The notes below the pieces were generated by a model. That model had not been told where the DNA came from. It saw nothing but the letters and a program-made list of their open reading frames with translations, and did no database searches. The position numbers and the translations under genes are program-made. 64,000 bases of DNA from Adineta vaga (Eukaryota > Animalia > Rotifera), in contig CP075495.1 of assembly GCA_021613535.1 (NCBI GenBank), positions 9,176,001 through 9,240,000 on the forward strand, written 5' to 3'. This document shows positions 27,479-39,421 of this stretch, piece after piece; within the stretch, counting starts at the first letter, position 1, and each line of letters starts with the position of its first letter.

Positions 27479-28805
27479 TCACTGTTCAATTATAAATAGT
27501 ACAAAAAGTGAATCAGAACGAATATTTAAATCATTCATAGTAAAATTGTCGTGTGCCAAATGACCATTTACAAAAAAATGTTGATATATTGGTGAGAATT
27601 TATGAGAAGATTCAAACTATTCGAATAAGAAAGAAAAGACTTATCATTTTCAATACAGAAAAATAGAAATATTCTTACAGCATTACGGAGTTCACGTATT
27701 GTTGTAGATGGATACACATTCATTACAAGTTCCTCGTCTTGATTCTCATTTCTCCATTGATTACCGTCAATTTTTACTTTAATTCTATTTAGTTCAATAA
27801 TACTAATGTGAATAAAGACGAACGAATAGATTTTATTTTTCTTTACTTACGGAATGGTTTTTTCTTCTGGTTGGTTTTTGTTCCATAAACTAGCTTTTAA
27901 TTGAACACGTGCTTCAGCTAATTTCTTTGCTAAATCAACAGCTTCTGTATCGTGGCCTAATCTAATTTGTTCACCCAATTGATAAATATTCACCAAAATA
28001 TCTACAATGAAATTTAGCGAATAATTTTGTGACTATTCTTCATCATTGAAAATATTTACAAACAGACTGAAATCTAAGATTTGCTTTTGTAAGAATACTG
28101 AATATTCTCAATATTGTGAATCTTATCATTGAAAGAAAGTGAAAATTTATAAATCGATGATAAATATCATTATTACATGCTAATAAATTCTATTCACATC
28201 CTCAATTCTATGTCAAAACTAGTAACAACTTTTCAAATTATAAATGTCAAAATCAACGGACAGTTGTAAAAGAACCTAGATACAAATGTTATCTTTGAAG
28301 TATATTGAATATCTTACCGTTTTGATTGATACGTGATGCTGGTTTAGGATCCTTTGATGGATGTGATTTTGAAGGAGTTTGTTGATAAATTGGTACACTC
28401 GTTGATTCGTTATTTAAACTGCTTATTTGTTCAAAACAAGTGTCTAATGCTTCATGAAAGTTCGTTCGTAATGCCGAGTTCAACCATAAAAGATACGTTC
28501 CATTTTCACTTTGAACTTCATCAGGATGATTTGGTGATTGCCCATATTTATATAGATTTTTTTGTTTTAAAGGAATATTAAAGATTTCCTAGAAAAAGAA
28601 AATCTTATTTTCACAAACAAATAATGAAGTTAATTCATTGTTTTACTTCTTTATTGTTTGCTATATCAATAGCTAATAAGGAATAATCGGCAAAATCAAA
28701 TTGTTTTAATTGAACTAGTGATCTATCCGAATAGTTTCGCACGGAATTTCGTTGTTCATTAGTTAAAAATTGAATACGACATGTACTATAAGCAGCAAGA
28801 CTCAT
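27479..28805 (-). CDS. SHARPIN-like paralogue 2: PH-like - LTM - UBL, no NZF
   Basis: MSLAAYSTCRIQFLTNEQRNSVRNYSD aligns with MSIEVYSKCRIQYIPNDQKNCQRNYSE; LTM IYQLGEQIRLGHDTEAVDLAKKLAEARVQLKA; UBL MNVYPSTTIRELRNA|FESSHKFSPIYQHFFVNGHLAHDNFTMNDLNI..LFVLFIIEQ*. Confidence 0.8.
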
Positions 28806-29075
28806 TTGATCTAAAGAAATCAATAAAAATTCAAATAATTACATATATCTGATGCAAAAAATTCTTCTCAAAGCAACAAACTAATGAACATTTAATAAAT
28901 AACTTATTCTACATACTTCCTCAGTTGCAAGCAATCTTGCAGATGTTTTTTAACTAAACATAGAGGTCTCTATCTCTCTTTCTATTGGTGAAGAAGAAAA
29001 AAAGTCATTGACTATATTTTGACTGCACTATATTAGTTAGGTTGGTTTTTTTCCTTTTGATTTCAAAATAAACAA

Positions 29076-29572
29076 ATGTCTTCACATCTATGGCCAATAA
29101 ATGAAACATCAAAAGTGAATGGATTATGGTTTCGACCATTACAACCTGGTAGGAATCATTTTTCTTTTGTATATACATACAATTTTTTCTTCTTCAAATC
29201 GTTTAGTTCGAGAAGATATTAGCTTAGCTAAATTTGAAGATATACTTGAACAAGAACGACGACGTTATGTAGAGAAAGGTTTCATTTTCGAATTTATAAT
29301 TTACATTTCGAAGATTATCTTGTTCAATTTTAGGTTTAAATTTACCATTTCATGGGCGAACTGAAATGGATAATGGTGATGTATGTATATAATTTCAAGA
29401 AAAACACAATCAAATTTCAAACTATTTGTTGTTTTTTGTTCACTAGGATGATGAAGACGGTGATGAAGCTGAAGAAGAAAGTGAAGGCGGTGAACAAGAT
29501 GATGAAATGGATGCTCAACAAGGTCCTGGTTCGCCAGGAAATGGAACGAATGTTAGTGTTGGTGTGGCATAA
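29076..29572 (+). CDS. ANAPC15: Anaphase-promoting complex subunit 15 (4 short exons)
   Basis: MSSHLWPINETSKVNGLWFRPLQP|VREDISLAKFEDILEQERRRYVEK|GLNLPFHGR followed by an acidic tail, matching APC15 layout (LWF, EK..L.P.G, D/E tail). Confidence 0.7.
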
Positions 29573-29692
29573 GATATATAATATTCAATAGATTCTTTTT
29601 CTTTGTCAGATTTATATTGATAAAAATATTCAGTGAATAAATGTTTCTTTTTTTTTCTTATACAAGTGTTATGTTTACTTCTAGTTTCAGAT

Positions 29693-30800
29693 ATGTCATC
29701 AAATCGCCAGTAAGAAATATAAAAAAGAAAAGAATAAAATTCAATATGTATGTTTTATTTTTGTTACTTTTTTCCTTTGTAAAGAGAATTTGATGTGGCA
29801 GTGGTACGAATTCGCTCCAAACATAAGGATACAACCGATACATATTCAAAAAATATTAAAATTTGTCCTCCACATGATGGATATACTCATTATACTATGC
29901 GAATCGAAAAACAATGAGTTATCGAATTTTTTCGTACACTTACAAGAAACCATCGATTAATAACACTAACCAATAGATTTAGCTAAACTTGTTCACGCTT
30001 TGCTAGAAACTGACCTAATCCAAGATGAAATCAATGATTAATTATGGATCTCTTTATCTGTGAAGTTTAGTGCATGGTTAATTTTTAAAAGGCAGCTATT
30101 ATCGACAACTACTATATATAATAAATGTAATGCTTCACTGTCAAACAAATGAATCATTCGTTCATGTCGACTTCTACTTGTTTTACAATTGTAGACTCGA
30201 CAGAATCAATAGTTGATAGTCTAATACAATCGATGTATGCAGGTTCTTTACATACTGCGAATATTATGCAGACTGGCTAAATTCAAACCGAATGTTCAAT
30301 TTAACTTATCCAATAAAACTGACAAGGAAATTTCATCAAAACATTACAATGTTGATAAATAACCATCAGATGCTGTTCTTCAGTAAGTAAGTACATGACA
30401 CAATTACTCTTGCCTAACTTAACTCATCATTTAGATTGACAATTCAAATTGAATTTCAAATATCGAAAGATCCTATTGAAGTAACAATCACGGTACATTT
30501 TGGTACAACTGTAAGCTCATTGAAAGAACAAGTTTGTGCTTATAAGAGTATGTCTTTGATCTACATCGAAATAATAATTTAGATCGAAAGAGAAACATGA
30601 ATCAGAACTACTGATGAATATTGGTTTGCTTCTCGTCGATATTCCTCTTGGATGAACATGTCTTTAGTTCTTTCGTACCTGTTGATTTAAATCGAACTCA
30701 AATACAGCACTCTATGCATCCGATTCATTCGGGTGATACATCACTCAATCGTCTTTTCTATATTAAGATAACTGAAGTGGTTGTTTTCTGTTATATTCTA
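29693..30800 (+). pseudogene. Decayed SHARPIN-like (PH-LTM-UBL) paralogue 3
   Basis: LTM remnant SIVDSLIQSMYAGSLHTAN../RLAKFKPNVQFNL; UBL LTIQIEFQISKDPIEVTITVHFGTTVSSLKEQ|IERET*IRTTDEYWF; same intron positions as the paralogues; in-frame stops at ~30039, 30360, 30598 plus frameshifts. Confidence 0.65.
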
Positions 30801-31011
30801 TATTTTTTCTGACGTAAACGTTGCTCTTAGTCTCTAAATTTAAGTACTATCATTAATCTTGAGGTCTATGAGTAATTTAAATGGTACTGACATTGTTCCA
30901 ATATTAAAAAGATTTCTAATACACCTCTGATTTATCCTCCGTGTCAGCGCATTTATTAAATATTTTCTGAGAAGAATTTACATCTTTGACTTTCTATTCT
31001 AGATCTTTTCC

Positions 31012-32163
31012 ATGTTGCTGTAAGCTCTACCTAGTTCTTTTTCTCAACTAGATAATATTTCTTATTCGTAATATTATAGAATTGGTCGTGTATTCAATGT
31101 TACAATCAAAGATGAGGCTAATCCTGACCTTATCAGAAAATATTCCAGTGTGAATTTACAATTGTCAAGAACTAATCCAAAGCTCACTGTTCAAGTTCCG
31201 CCTGATAATATGGTATTTCCTTGCTATAATATAATTTCGTTTACAGTAATTTTGTTCTATAGTCTGTTTATGAAGTTTATCTCAATAATTGTTCTTATCT
31301 TTTACAATCATCAATTCCGGGTAGTGTTGAGTGTATTGTTGATAATACTAACCAGAAAAAAGTGGTTATCCACGATAAAAACAAAGAAGCTAAAGATTTA
31401 CTAACATATATGCGAGATTATTTGCAGAGTAAGTAATTTATTAGATGTCATTCATGAAAAGCCATTATTTGTTTTTATTAGATCGATCTACTGAACCTGA
31501 CGTTCCAAAACCTGCACCTCCTGATAACGAAAAAGTAGAGAGGCTGATTACAGCAATGAGTAGCAAGAATGCAGATAGTGCTGCTCAAATAGCACGTCAA
31601 CTTGCTAACGAGAGAGCGTTAGTTCAATTCAGTTTGGGTATGATAAATGAATCTGGAAATGCAGCACCACCGCCACCGCCACCAGCATCTTGATGTGCCT
31701 CTCAAGTAAATATGAAATGAATCTACTCTTAATAACATGTCTAAGATTGAAACTTCCAAAAATCTATATACAATTGTTTGGACAAAAAACATTCTATTTG
31801 ATCGAACTTAGCAAAGTACAAAGATTATATCTATTAATACTTTTTTATTCTATTATTTAGATTGAAATTATCGATTGAAAGTTACCTAATTGATCATTGT
31901 ATCGATAGAGAATTTGATATTACTATTCTTCGTGGAACAACCATCAGAAATTTGAAAGAAATGGTAAACACTTTTGAGAATATTCCTTGTACAAATAAAA
32001 TTAGTCTTTTTCATTCTAGGTTGCCCATGAAATCGGAATCAATATTGAACAACAGTATTGGTACATTAATCGAGATCATCTGTCGAATGATTATACATTT
32101 GGTTTGTCCAAACCAAGTGTTACTGAACAAACAATACTTATTTTATACATTTCTAAATCTTAA
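31012..32163 (+). CDS. SHARPIN-like paralogue 4 (PH-like - LTM - UBL) with a frameshift in the Pro-rich linker (possible young pseudogene)
   Basis: MLL|IGRVFNVTIKD..|SVYEVYLNN..AKDLLTYMRDYLQ; LTM KVERLITAMSSKNADSAAQIARQLANERALVQFSL; UBL LKLSIES..ILRGTTIRNLKEM|VAHEIGINIEQQYWYINRDHLSNDYTF..LILYISKS*; the LTM frame hits TGA at 31691 before the donor. Confidence 0.7.
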
Positions 32164-32315
32164 AAGAATACTTGAATTAATCAATTTGATTTTGTAGTTA
32201 TATTTCTAATTGAACTTTTATTAGACAAGAAAAGAAAAATAAGCATGATATATATTTTTCTATTTGATGATTTTTTCATTTCTTATTTTCTTTTTAATAT
32301 ATTTATATTTGTGAT

Positions 32316-32983
32316 ATGAAAACAATTATAGTCTTTTACATTTTGATTATAATGGGACTTACATCTTTTGCACAAAAATGGCAAATACACATAAGTCATT
32401 GTAATTTACTTGAAATTAAAAAATATCATCCAAATGTAACAGCAATTGTTAATGCAGCAAATGTTTATATGAGAGGAGGTAAGAATTATAGATCGATAAG
32501 ATATTCTATTTTTGAAAATAAATAGGTGGTGGTCTTGATGGTGCTATTCATAAAGCAGCTGGTTCGGAATTATTAACTGAATTAAAACAATTGGTTCCCG
32601 ATAAAACTCAAACAGCTCAAGTGATAATTACACAAGGATATAAAACTGGTTTTTCTCATATTTTACATGTCGCTGGACCAGTTTATTCCACATCGAATCC
32701 TGATGAATCTCGACGCTTACTTGAAGCAACCTATACAAATATTGTACGAGAAGCTGATCAATTGAAAACAATCGATACACTTGGATTAGCATCGATTAGT
32801 ACAGGTATCTATGGTTATCCATTGAAGGATGCAGCACCAGTTGCTATTTCAACAATTGCTCTTGAATTATCAAAATCCGAACATTTAAAAACGGTTATTT
32901 TTGCTATGTTTGGTAAACAAGAATACGATGTATTCACTAAAGCTTATGAACAATGGAAACAAAAACATGAAAAAGATTTGTAA
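32316..32983 (+). CDS. Macrodomain ADP-ribosylhydrolase (MacroD/YmdB-like) with N-terminal hydrophobic signal-like peptide; intron 32479-32525
   Basis: AIVNAANVYMRGG|GGLDGAIHKAAG, ILHVAGPVY, ASISTGIYGYP; N-terminus MKTIIVFYILIIMGLTSFAQ. Confidence 0.92.
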
Positions 32984-33810
32984 ACAAAATAGAATTTAGA
33001 TGTTTTTTTTTCTTACATACAAAAAAATAAAACAAACGACATAAGGTCCAATTAATGATCAATCATGTTTTACGTTTATGTAATTTTACAGGTGAGACGG
33101 ACTGGTTTGCTCGTGCTATCAGTGTGATATATTTGCGCATAAACACATGTCATGAATCAGAACTACGCTATATGAATTATACCAAACTGGATAACAAACC
33201 AGAATAGTAACTTGATAATATGCACTAATTGAATACATTCATTTATCATTCGAAAACGAATCATAATAACAAAATAAAATGACACATAGGTATGAATCGA
33301 GAAAAAACTCGAGATACTTACGTCTCTAGGCACTTGAAGGACATGCGACAAATATGAATAAAAACTGTTTATGCTTCAATAATCACATATGATACTCAAT
33401 CGTTTATTGTTTGCCACGGTTTGACAGTCTAATCGTGTGATTATTACACTCTAGAAGATAAAAAACGATCAACTAATATTTTGCTGAATATCTTCATACA
33501 AAATAACAAGATGAAGGTAAATAAATTTGGTTTTTCAATTATTCATGCGACTGTGTTTGGAAAAATCTATAACTTTACTTGCATAATCACGAGAGAAATT
33601 CGTTTCGGCTGAAAGTAAAGATATGACGTTTTTTAGATATCGTACATGACCTTAGATGGTCAGATTACTTTTTCTTTTATCGTATTACGTTGTAATTTAA
33701 AGATTATTTCTTTTTGAACTTTATAGATAATTATCATGCATTAACTTTTTGAATTTCTACGAATAATTCGATTTATTTCCTTTTACTCATAGCACATCGA
33801 ATTAAAAAAT

Positions 33811-36205
33811 ATGAATAGTGATTCATTGAAAGCGGACAATGATGATGTATTTAATAATGAAAATCGAGGATATCAAAGAAGTAACAGTGACCATGAATTG
33901 CATACTTTGAAGAAAGAAAGTAACGAGCAGTTGAAACGTTTGCCACGATCAACATCAGTTTCTGGTGCACAAATATCTGTTATTTACGAAGTACCATCCG
34001 ATGTAAACTCAGATGAAATTACTTTTGCGCCACCACCACCGGCTGCTTCAGCTGGCTATAGTCATAATCAGCAGCGTCGATCAACAGGAACAGGACCACA
34101 TGAACGACAATTATCTATACTCGATCCAATGTCAGATCGTGTCAGTACAATTCTTGTTTGGCAAAATTTAATTGTTTCAACAAGAATCAGTAGAAGACAA
34201 GTATTTATTCACAAGTTAAAATCTAAAGGTCCTCCACCGACAAGTAAACGTTTATTGCACAATGTCAGTGGAGCTATAACTGGTGGATTATGGGCAGTTA
34301 TGGGTAAGCTTATTCTACTTCTTCATCATCATATAATTGTTCTGATCATGAGAAATCAAATTATTCTGTTCAGGTCCATCAGGTTCCGGTAAATCAACTC
34401 TTCTGAATACATTAGCTTGTCGTTTGGATGTGAACACAGTTGTCGAAGGTGAGATGCGTCTCAATGGTGCACCATATGATAATGCTGAATTGAAACGTGT
34501 TTCTGGATATGTGATGCAAGATGATTTGTTGAATGGGTATTTAACTGTGGAAGAAACTTTGATGTATACAGCTGAACTACGTTTACCACGAACATTCACA
34601 GACAAAGAACGAAGAGATCGTGTTGATGATGTTCTCAATGATTTAGGTTTGACACATGCTCGACATGATATTATCGGTTCCCAACTTAGACAAGGTATAT
34701 CTGGTAGTGAACGTAAACGTTTATGTGTTTGTATGCAACTGCTTAATCGTCCACAATTACTCTTTCTTGATGAGCCAACGACAGGATTAGATTCAGTAAC
34801 TGCTCTCGATTTATTATATACTCTTAATGAACTCGCTCATGGTAAATCACAAGATAAAGCTGTAACAATTGTTTGTTCCATTCATCAACCTCAAACAAAA
34901 ATATTTAATCTATTTGATTCAATTGTTTTATTAAAAGCAGGTCATATCATTTATCAGGGTTCAAGAAAACAATCAACTGTAAGTAGATACATTGCTATGA
35001 TCAATCGAGATAGGTTTGTCATATATTCTAGGAAGTATTCCGTGCGGCTGGTCATCCTTGTCCTCTATTTACAAATCCGGCTGATCATTTATTAGATGTT
35101 ATAACTCCACCGAAACATGGCTCAAGTAATAGCGAAGAACCTCAATTAACACTGGAGCAACAGGCAGCTGTTGACGAAGCAATCGTTAAAGCACAACCAC
35201 CACTAGATATTGATCTTACTTTGGGTGTTGATAAACGTATCGGTCAAATGAGTAATATAACAATGAATCCACCATGGCATAAACAAGTTCGAATACTTTT
35301 TCGTCGTAGTTTACGTGAACAATTTCGTAAAGTTAATATTATAGTCACTTCTATAATACAAACATTTATTATGGCAATTTTAATTGGTACAGTTTTCTTA
35401 AGAATTGGTACTACACAAACAAGTATTGTTCGTCGTGAATCAGTTATTTTCTTTTGTGCAATTAATCAAGGTGTTTTCGGAGCATTAACTGTTATCAATT
35501 CGTTTCCTGTTGAACGAACATTAACATTACGTGAACGAGCATCGGGTACTTATTTTGCTAGTGCTTATTTTATAGCCAAAGTTCTAGCCGATACACTTGT
35601 TCAATTACCAATACCAATTATTTTTGTACGTATTGTTCTCTAAGAGAATTGAGTTAATTCTGAACAAATAACTATCTTTCATATATATATATATATTTTA
35701 GTCATGTGTTGTCTATTTTCTAATTGGTTTTCAAGCAACAGCTGGAAAATTTTTTATCTTTATGGTTCTTATTATTCTTTGTTCAGTAACATCGACATCA
35801 TTAGCATTAATGGTTTCTGCTATATGTCGAACAACAGCATTGAGTGTAACAGTTTTACCTATGGTACTTGAAGTAACACGTCTGTTTGGTGGATTTTTCG
35901 TAGCTCCGTCACGATTACCAAAGTATTTCTCGTGGCTCGATGCTTTATCTTATATTAAATATTCGTTTGTCGGTGGTGCACTAAATGAATTATCAGGTTT
36001 AAATCTTAATTGTGCAGGAGTAAAAGTCACACCTGTAAATGCAACCTATTCTTATACTGCAACATGCATAACTCATGGTGAAACACTCATAGATGAACGT
36101 GGATATGATTATATAAATGTTGGCGGATGTATTGGTGTTCTTATTGGTTTTATTATATTTTGTCGTGGTTGTGCCTTTCTTGGTGTTCGATTTCTTAAAC
36201 ATTAA
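33811..36205 (+). CDS. ABCG (White-type) half transporter, paralogue 1
   Basis: Walker A MG|PSGSGKST, GYVMQDD, signature ISGSERKR, LFLDEPTTGLDS, SIHQP, NPAD, C-terminal TM domain. Confidence 0.95.
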
Positions 36206-36591
36206 ACTTAAAAACATTCGATAGAATTTTGTTCAATGCATCTTTTCATATAATGTTTATACATACTTTTGCTTTTGATTAACAAAATAAAAGTACTTAT
36301 TTCTTGTTAGAAGATAATAAAAGCTTGTACGAAAGCGCTTTGATCACATTCAAAAATTGCAAATCGTATATTTTACATCATTTTTTTGACGAGCATCTGT
36401 TTGTAACTATATATGTCTATCAATATGTAGTATTTTTTTTTCTTTCGTTTTGTTCATTTAAATTTATATAAATATATACAGAAAAAAGTAAATGACGACT
36501 AAATTTTGATAATGAGAAGAGAAAATTTAAATAGATAATATATATGAAATGTTTATATAGAATTATATTTTTTAAATATCTCAAAATAATA

Positions 36592-37604
36592 CTAATCGAT
36601 GATCATTATATCATCATCTTCAACTTCAATTATTGGTAATGGTGATGCTGGTGCAGTTGTTACTGTAGATGTAATTGTAATGGAACTGTCTGTTACTTCA
36701 TTTTCACCTTCTTTAGCTGACTGTTGTTGTTGTTGTTGTTGTTGGCGTTTGACTTCCTCCATGGTTTCTTTGATTCGATCGCGAATACGTGCTTGACGTC
36801 TTTGTAAAAATTCAGTTAATTGTCGTTGTGGTTTAATTTCTTTCTTTCGTAGCCATTTGTCAATTGCCTAGAAAATGAAATAATTCTTTCATAATATGAA
36901 GAAAACTCCAAATGAATCGTTTTTACTTGTTTAGAATCTTGTTTAAGTTTCTCAGCTAATGTCAAATATTCATCTGGTTTAATATGTCGTCGAATATTTT
37001 CTTTGACAGCTTCATTATAATATTCACGAATTTGTTCGAAATTTAGATGTTCAACTTGTTTATTAACAAATTCATTTTTTAAATGTTGTAATTTCGTTTG
37101 TAAAAATGCTAATTGATTTTCATATGATCTCGATAATTCAGGTTTAATAAATTTATGGAAGAGACTGAATTCACGTGAACAATTTAGACGTGTTAATTTT
37201 TCTAAATCGGGCGCTTGAAGAGTACGCGGAGTAGATGTGGAAGACGATGATGATTTAGATGTTTTTGATGAAGATGTTTGAGATGATGATGCTCGTTGCC
37301 GTTCAAAATAACCAGAGTTGGAAACCCGAGATGGTTTCGATGGTTTACTTAGTGTAGCTGGTGGTGATTGTTTTTTTTGAACTTTAGGTTTAGGTGGCGG
37401 ACGAACACGTGCTGGTTTTGGTGGTTCGAGGCCTTGAATAAATAAAGGAAAATCATTTTTTTTCTCTTGTTTCAATGAAAGTAGATGTTTTAAAGACATA
37501 CGTTTTTGAATTTCCCGTGTTTCACATTTTGTTACTCGTTTGACTGTTCTTTCTTTACGTGTTGGAAATCGAACGCCAAATTTTGGTGCCGTCGTTGATA
37601 CCAT
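36592..37604 (-). CDS. Uncharacterised basic, Ser/Pro-rich coiled-coil protein (2 coding exons)
   Basis: 262-aa ORF continuing after an intron as AIDKWLRKKEIKPQRQLTEFLQRRQARIRDRIKETMEEVKRQQQQ...IEVEDDDIMIID*. Confidence 0.6.
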
Positions 37605-39421
37605 CTGAAATGTACATAAACGACATACATGATTTAGTCTATAAGATATTCAGAACGATAGACGGAACGAGACACATCCCTATTGGAGGAGAATAGTAAA
37701 AAAGAACAGAAAAAAATGACTACCGTATATCTAGTTCTTACAGTAGGAAGAAGTGTAAATAAGCGATGCAGCTTACACTTATGTACATATGTAGACGTAC
37801 GTATATATTACCAATGGATGATGACCTTAACTATATGTCGTCGATTGAACAAACCATTTTATTCACGAAAAAAAAATCTTATTTATAGAAACTTCATTTT
37901 AGATCCATTGAAAAAGTGACAAATATAGCATTCGTTATCTAATGTGTGTCGATATGAGTTGATATTGTGAATTTTAATCGTATTTTATTAAACATATAGT
38001 TCATGAAAGAAGAAATCAGTAAACTTACTGTACAATACGGGTTACTATTATACCTGTTTTGTACTACTCAGTTTTTGAACGACGTTTCGTTAGTCGACTG
38101 ATCAAATACACTATAAATATTGATGTGCAGACGCAGAAATATGCATGAAAAAAAAAAAGAAATGACCGATCGTAAGAACGGCAATAGTACGAATAGGACA
38201 AACATCGATCGCAACAAAAGAAAGAGAAAAAAAGATAGACATTTGACCGATTGCGAGGAGAACGAGAAAAAGAAAATGTACAGCAATATGCCTTAGTTTA
38301 ACGGTCTATTTACAACAAGGACATCCTCTTATAATACTCCCTTCTTTGCCTTACTGAACAATGATCACGTCATCACTAGTCATATGACTTGATCATTCAT
38401 CTCACGTGGACATTCTATTAAAACATATGCCTATTGAACTCGAACAATGTTGAACACGATGAGTTACTTTATACCTATAATAAAAAATGATCTTTGGTAG
38501 AAACAATAAAAACGATAGCATTAAATATACATCCACATGTAAATGTAAATACTGTTACAAAAAAAGATGTCTATTGAGGTTTGTCTTCCATTGTATTCTA
38601 GTGTATACTAGTTAGCAATCATTTTTCTTTCTCTTCGCTACTGAATAGTTCAATTGCCTTTAGATCACTATACAATTGATCTAAATTTGTATATTATTCA
38701 GTTGAAATGAAATTATCTTGATGTATATCATTAAAAAGATAAAATCAATGCATTGCTTTACGTATACGAATGGTGATAAATTTTATTATAGCATTCATAT
38801 TCATGCGCCATTGATCACCTGATACAAAATATGACTGCGAGTGAACTGAATATGAAAACCAAGCGGACTTATTTCTCTCGCAAGAAGTATTTGATGATAA
38901 AAATGATTTGGTCGACTAGTTTCCTTTATCCATTCGATAATAAAAGGAAAGAAAAAAGTGTCTCTAAATGTCCTATGAAATATCTCTCTATATACCTTGT
39001 CAATAATAAAAAATAATATTTTTTATCGAAGAACGAAAAGACGAAGTATGTATATCTAACGATTATTCATAAAACAGACGTAAATTCAAACCAATAATGT
39101 TTTATGCTTCGTTAAACAATCATTTATATTATCAAATTGTCTTTAGACATATATCAAGCAAGTTGATTGAAATCATTTTTCGTCAACTATCATAGAATAA
39201 GTTCGGTACAAATACAAAAAAAGCTTCTCTTAGTCAATTATTTATTTTAGTTTCATATATTACTATCTGAGACGATCTATGCACAATTTGTCGGATAAAA
39301 AATAAACACTCTTCAGATTTTCTTCTTGTTTACATTAAGCAATATACATATAGATACATTTTATTTGTTTTTCTTCTAGTTTATATCGCATAGAAACTAT
39401 TCAATTTTATCATTTGTTCCA

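Noticed and set aside
34315-34638. Antisense ORFs over both ABCG nucleotide-binding domains (also 39944-40264)
   Set aside because: Shadow ORFs of conserved sense codons, duplicated only because of the conversion tract
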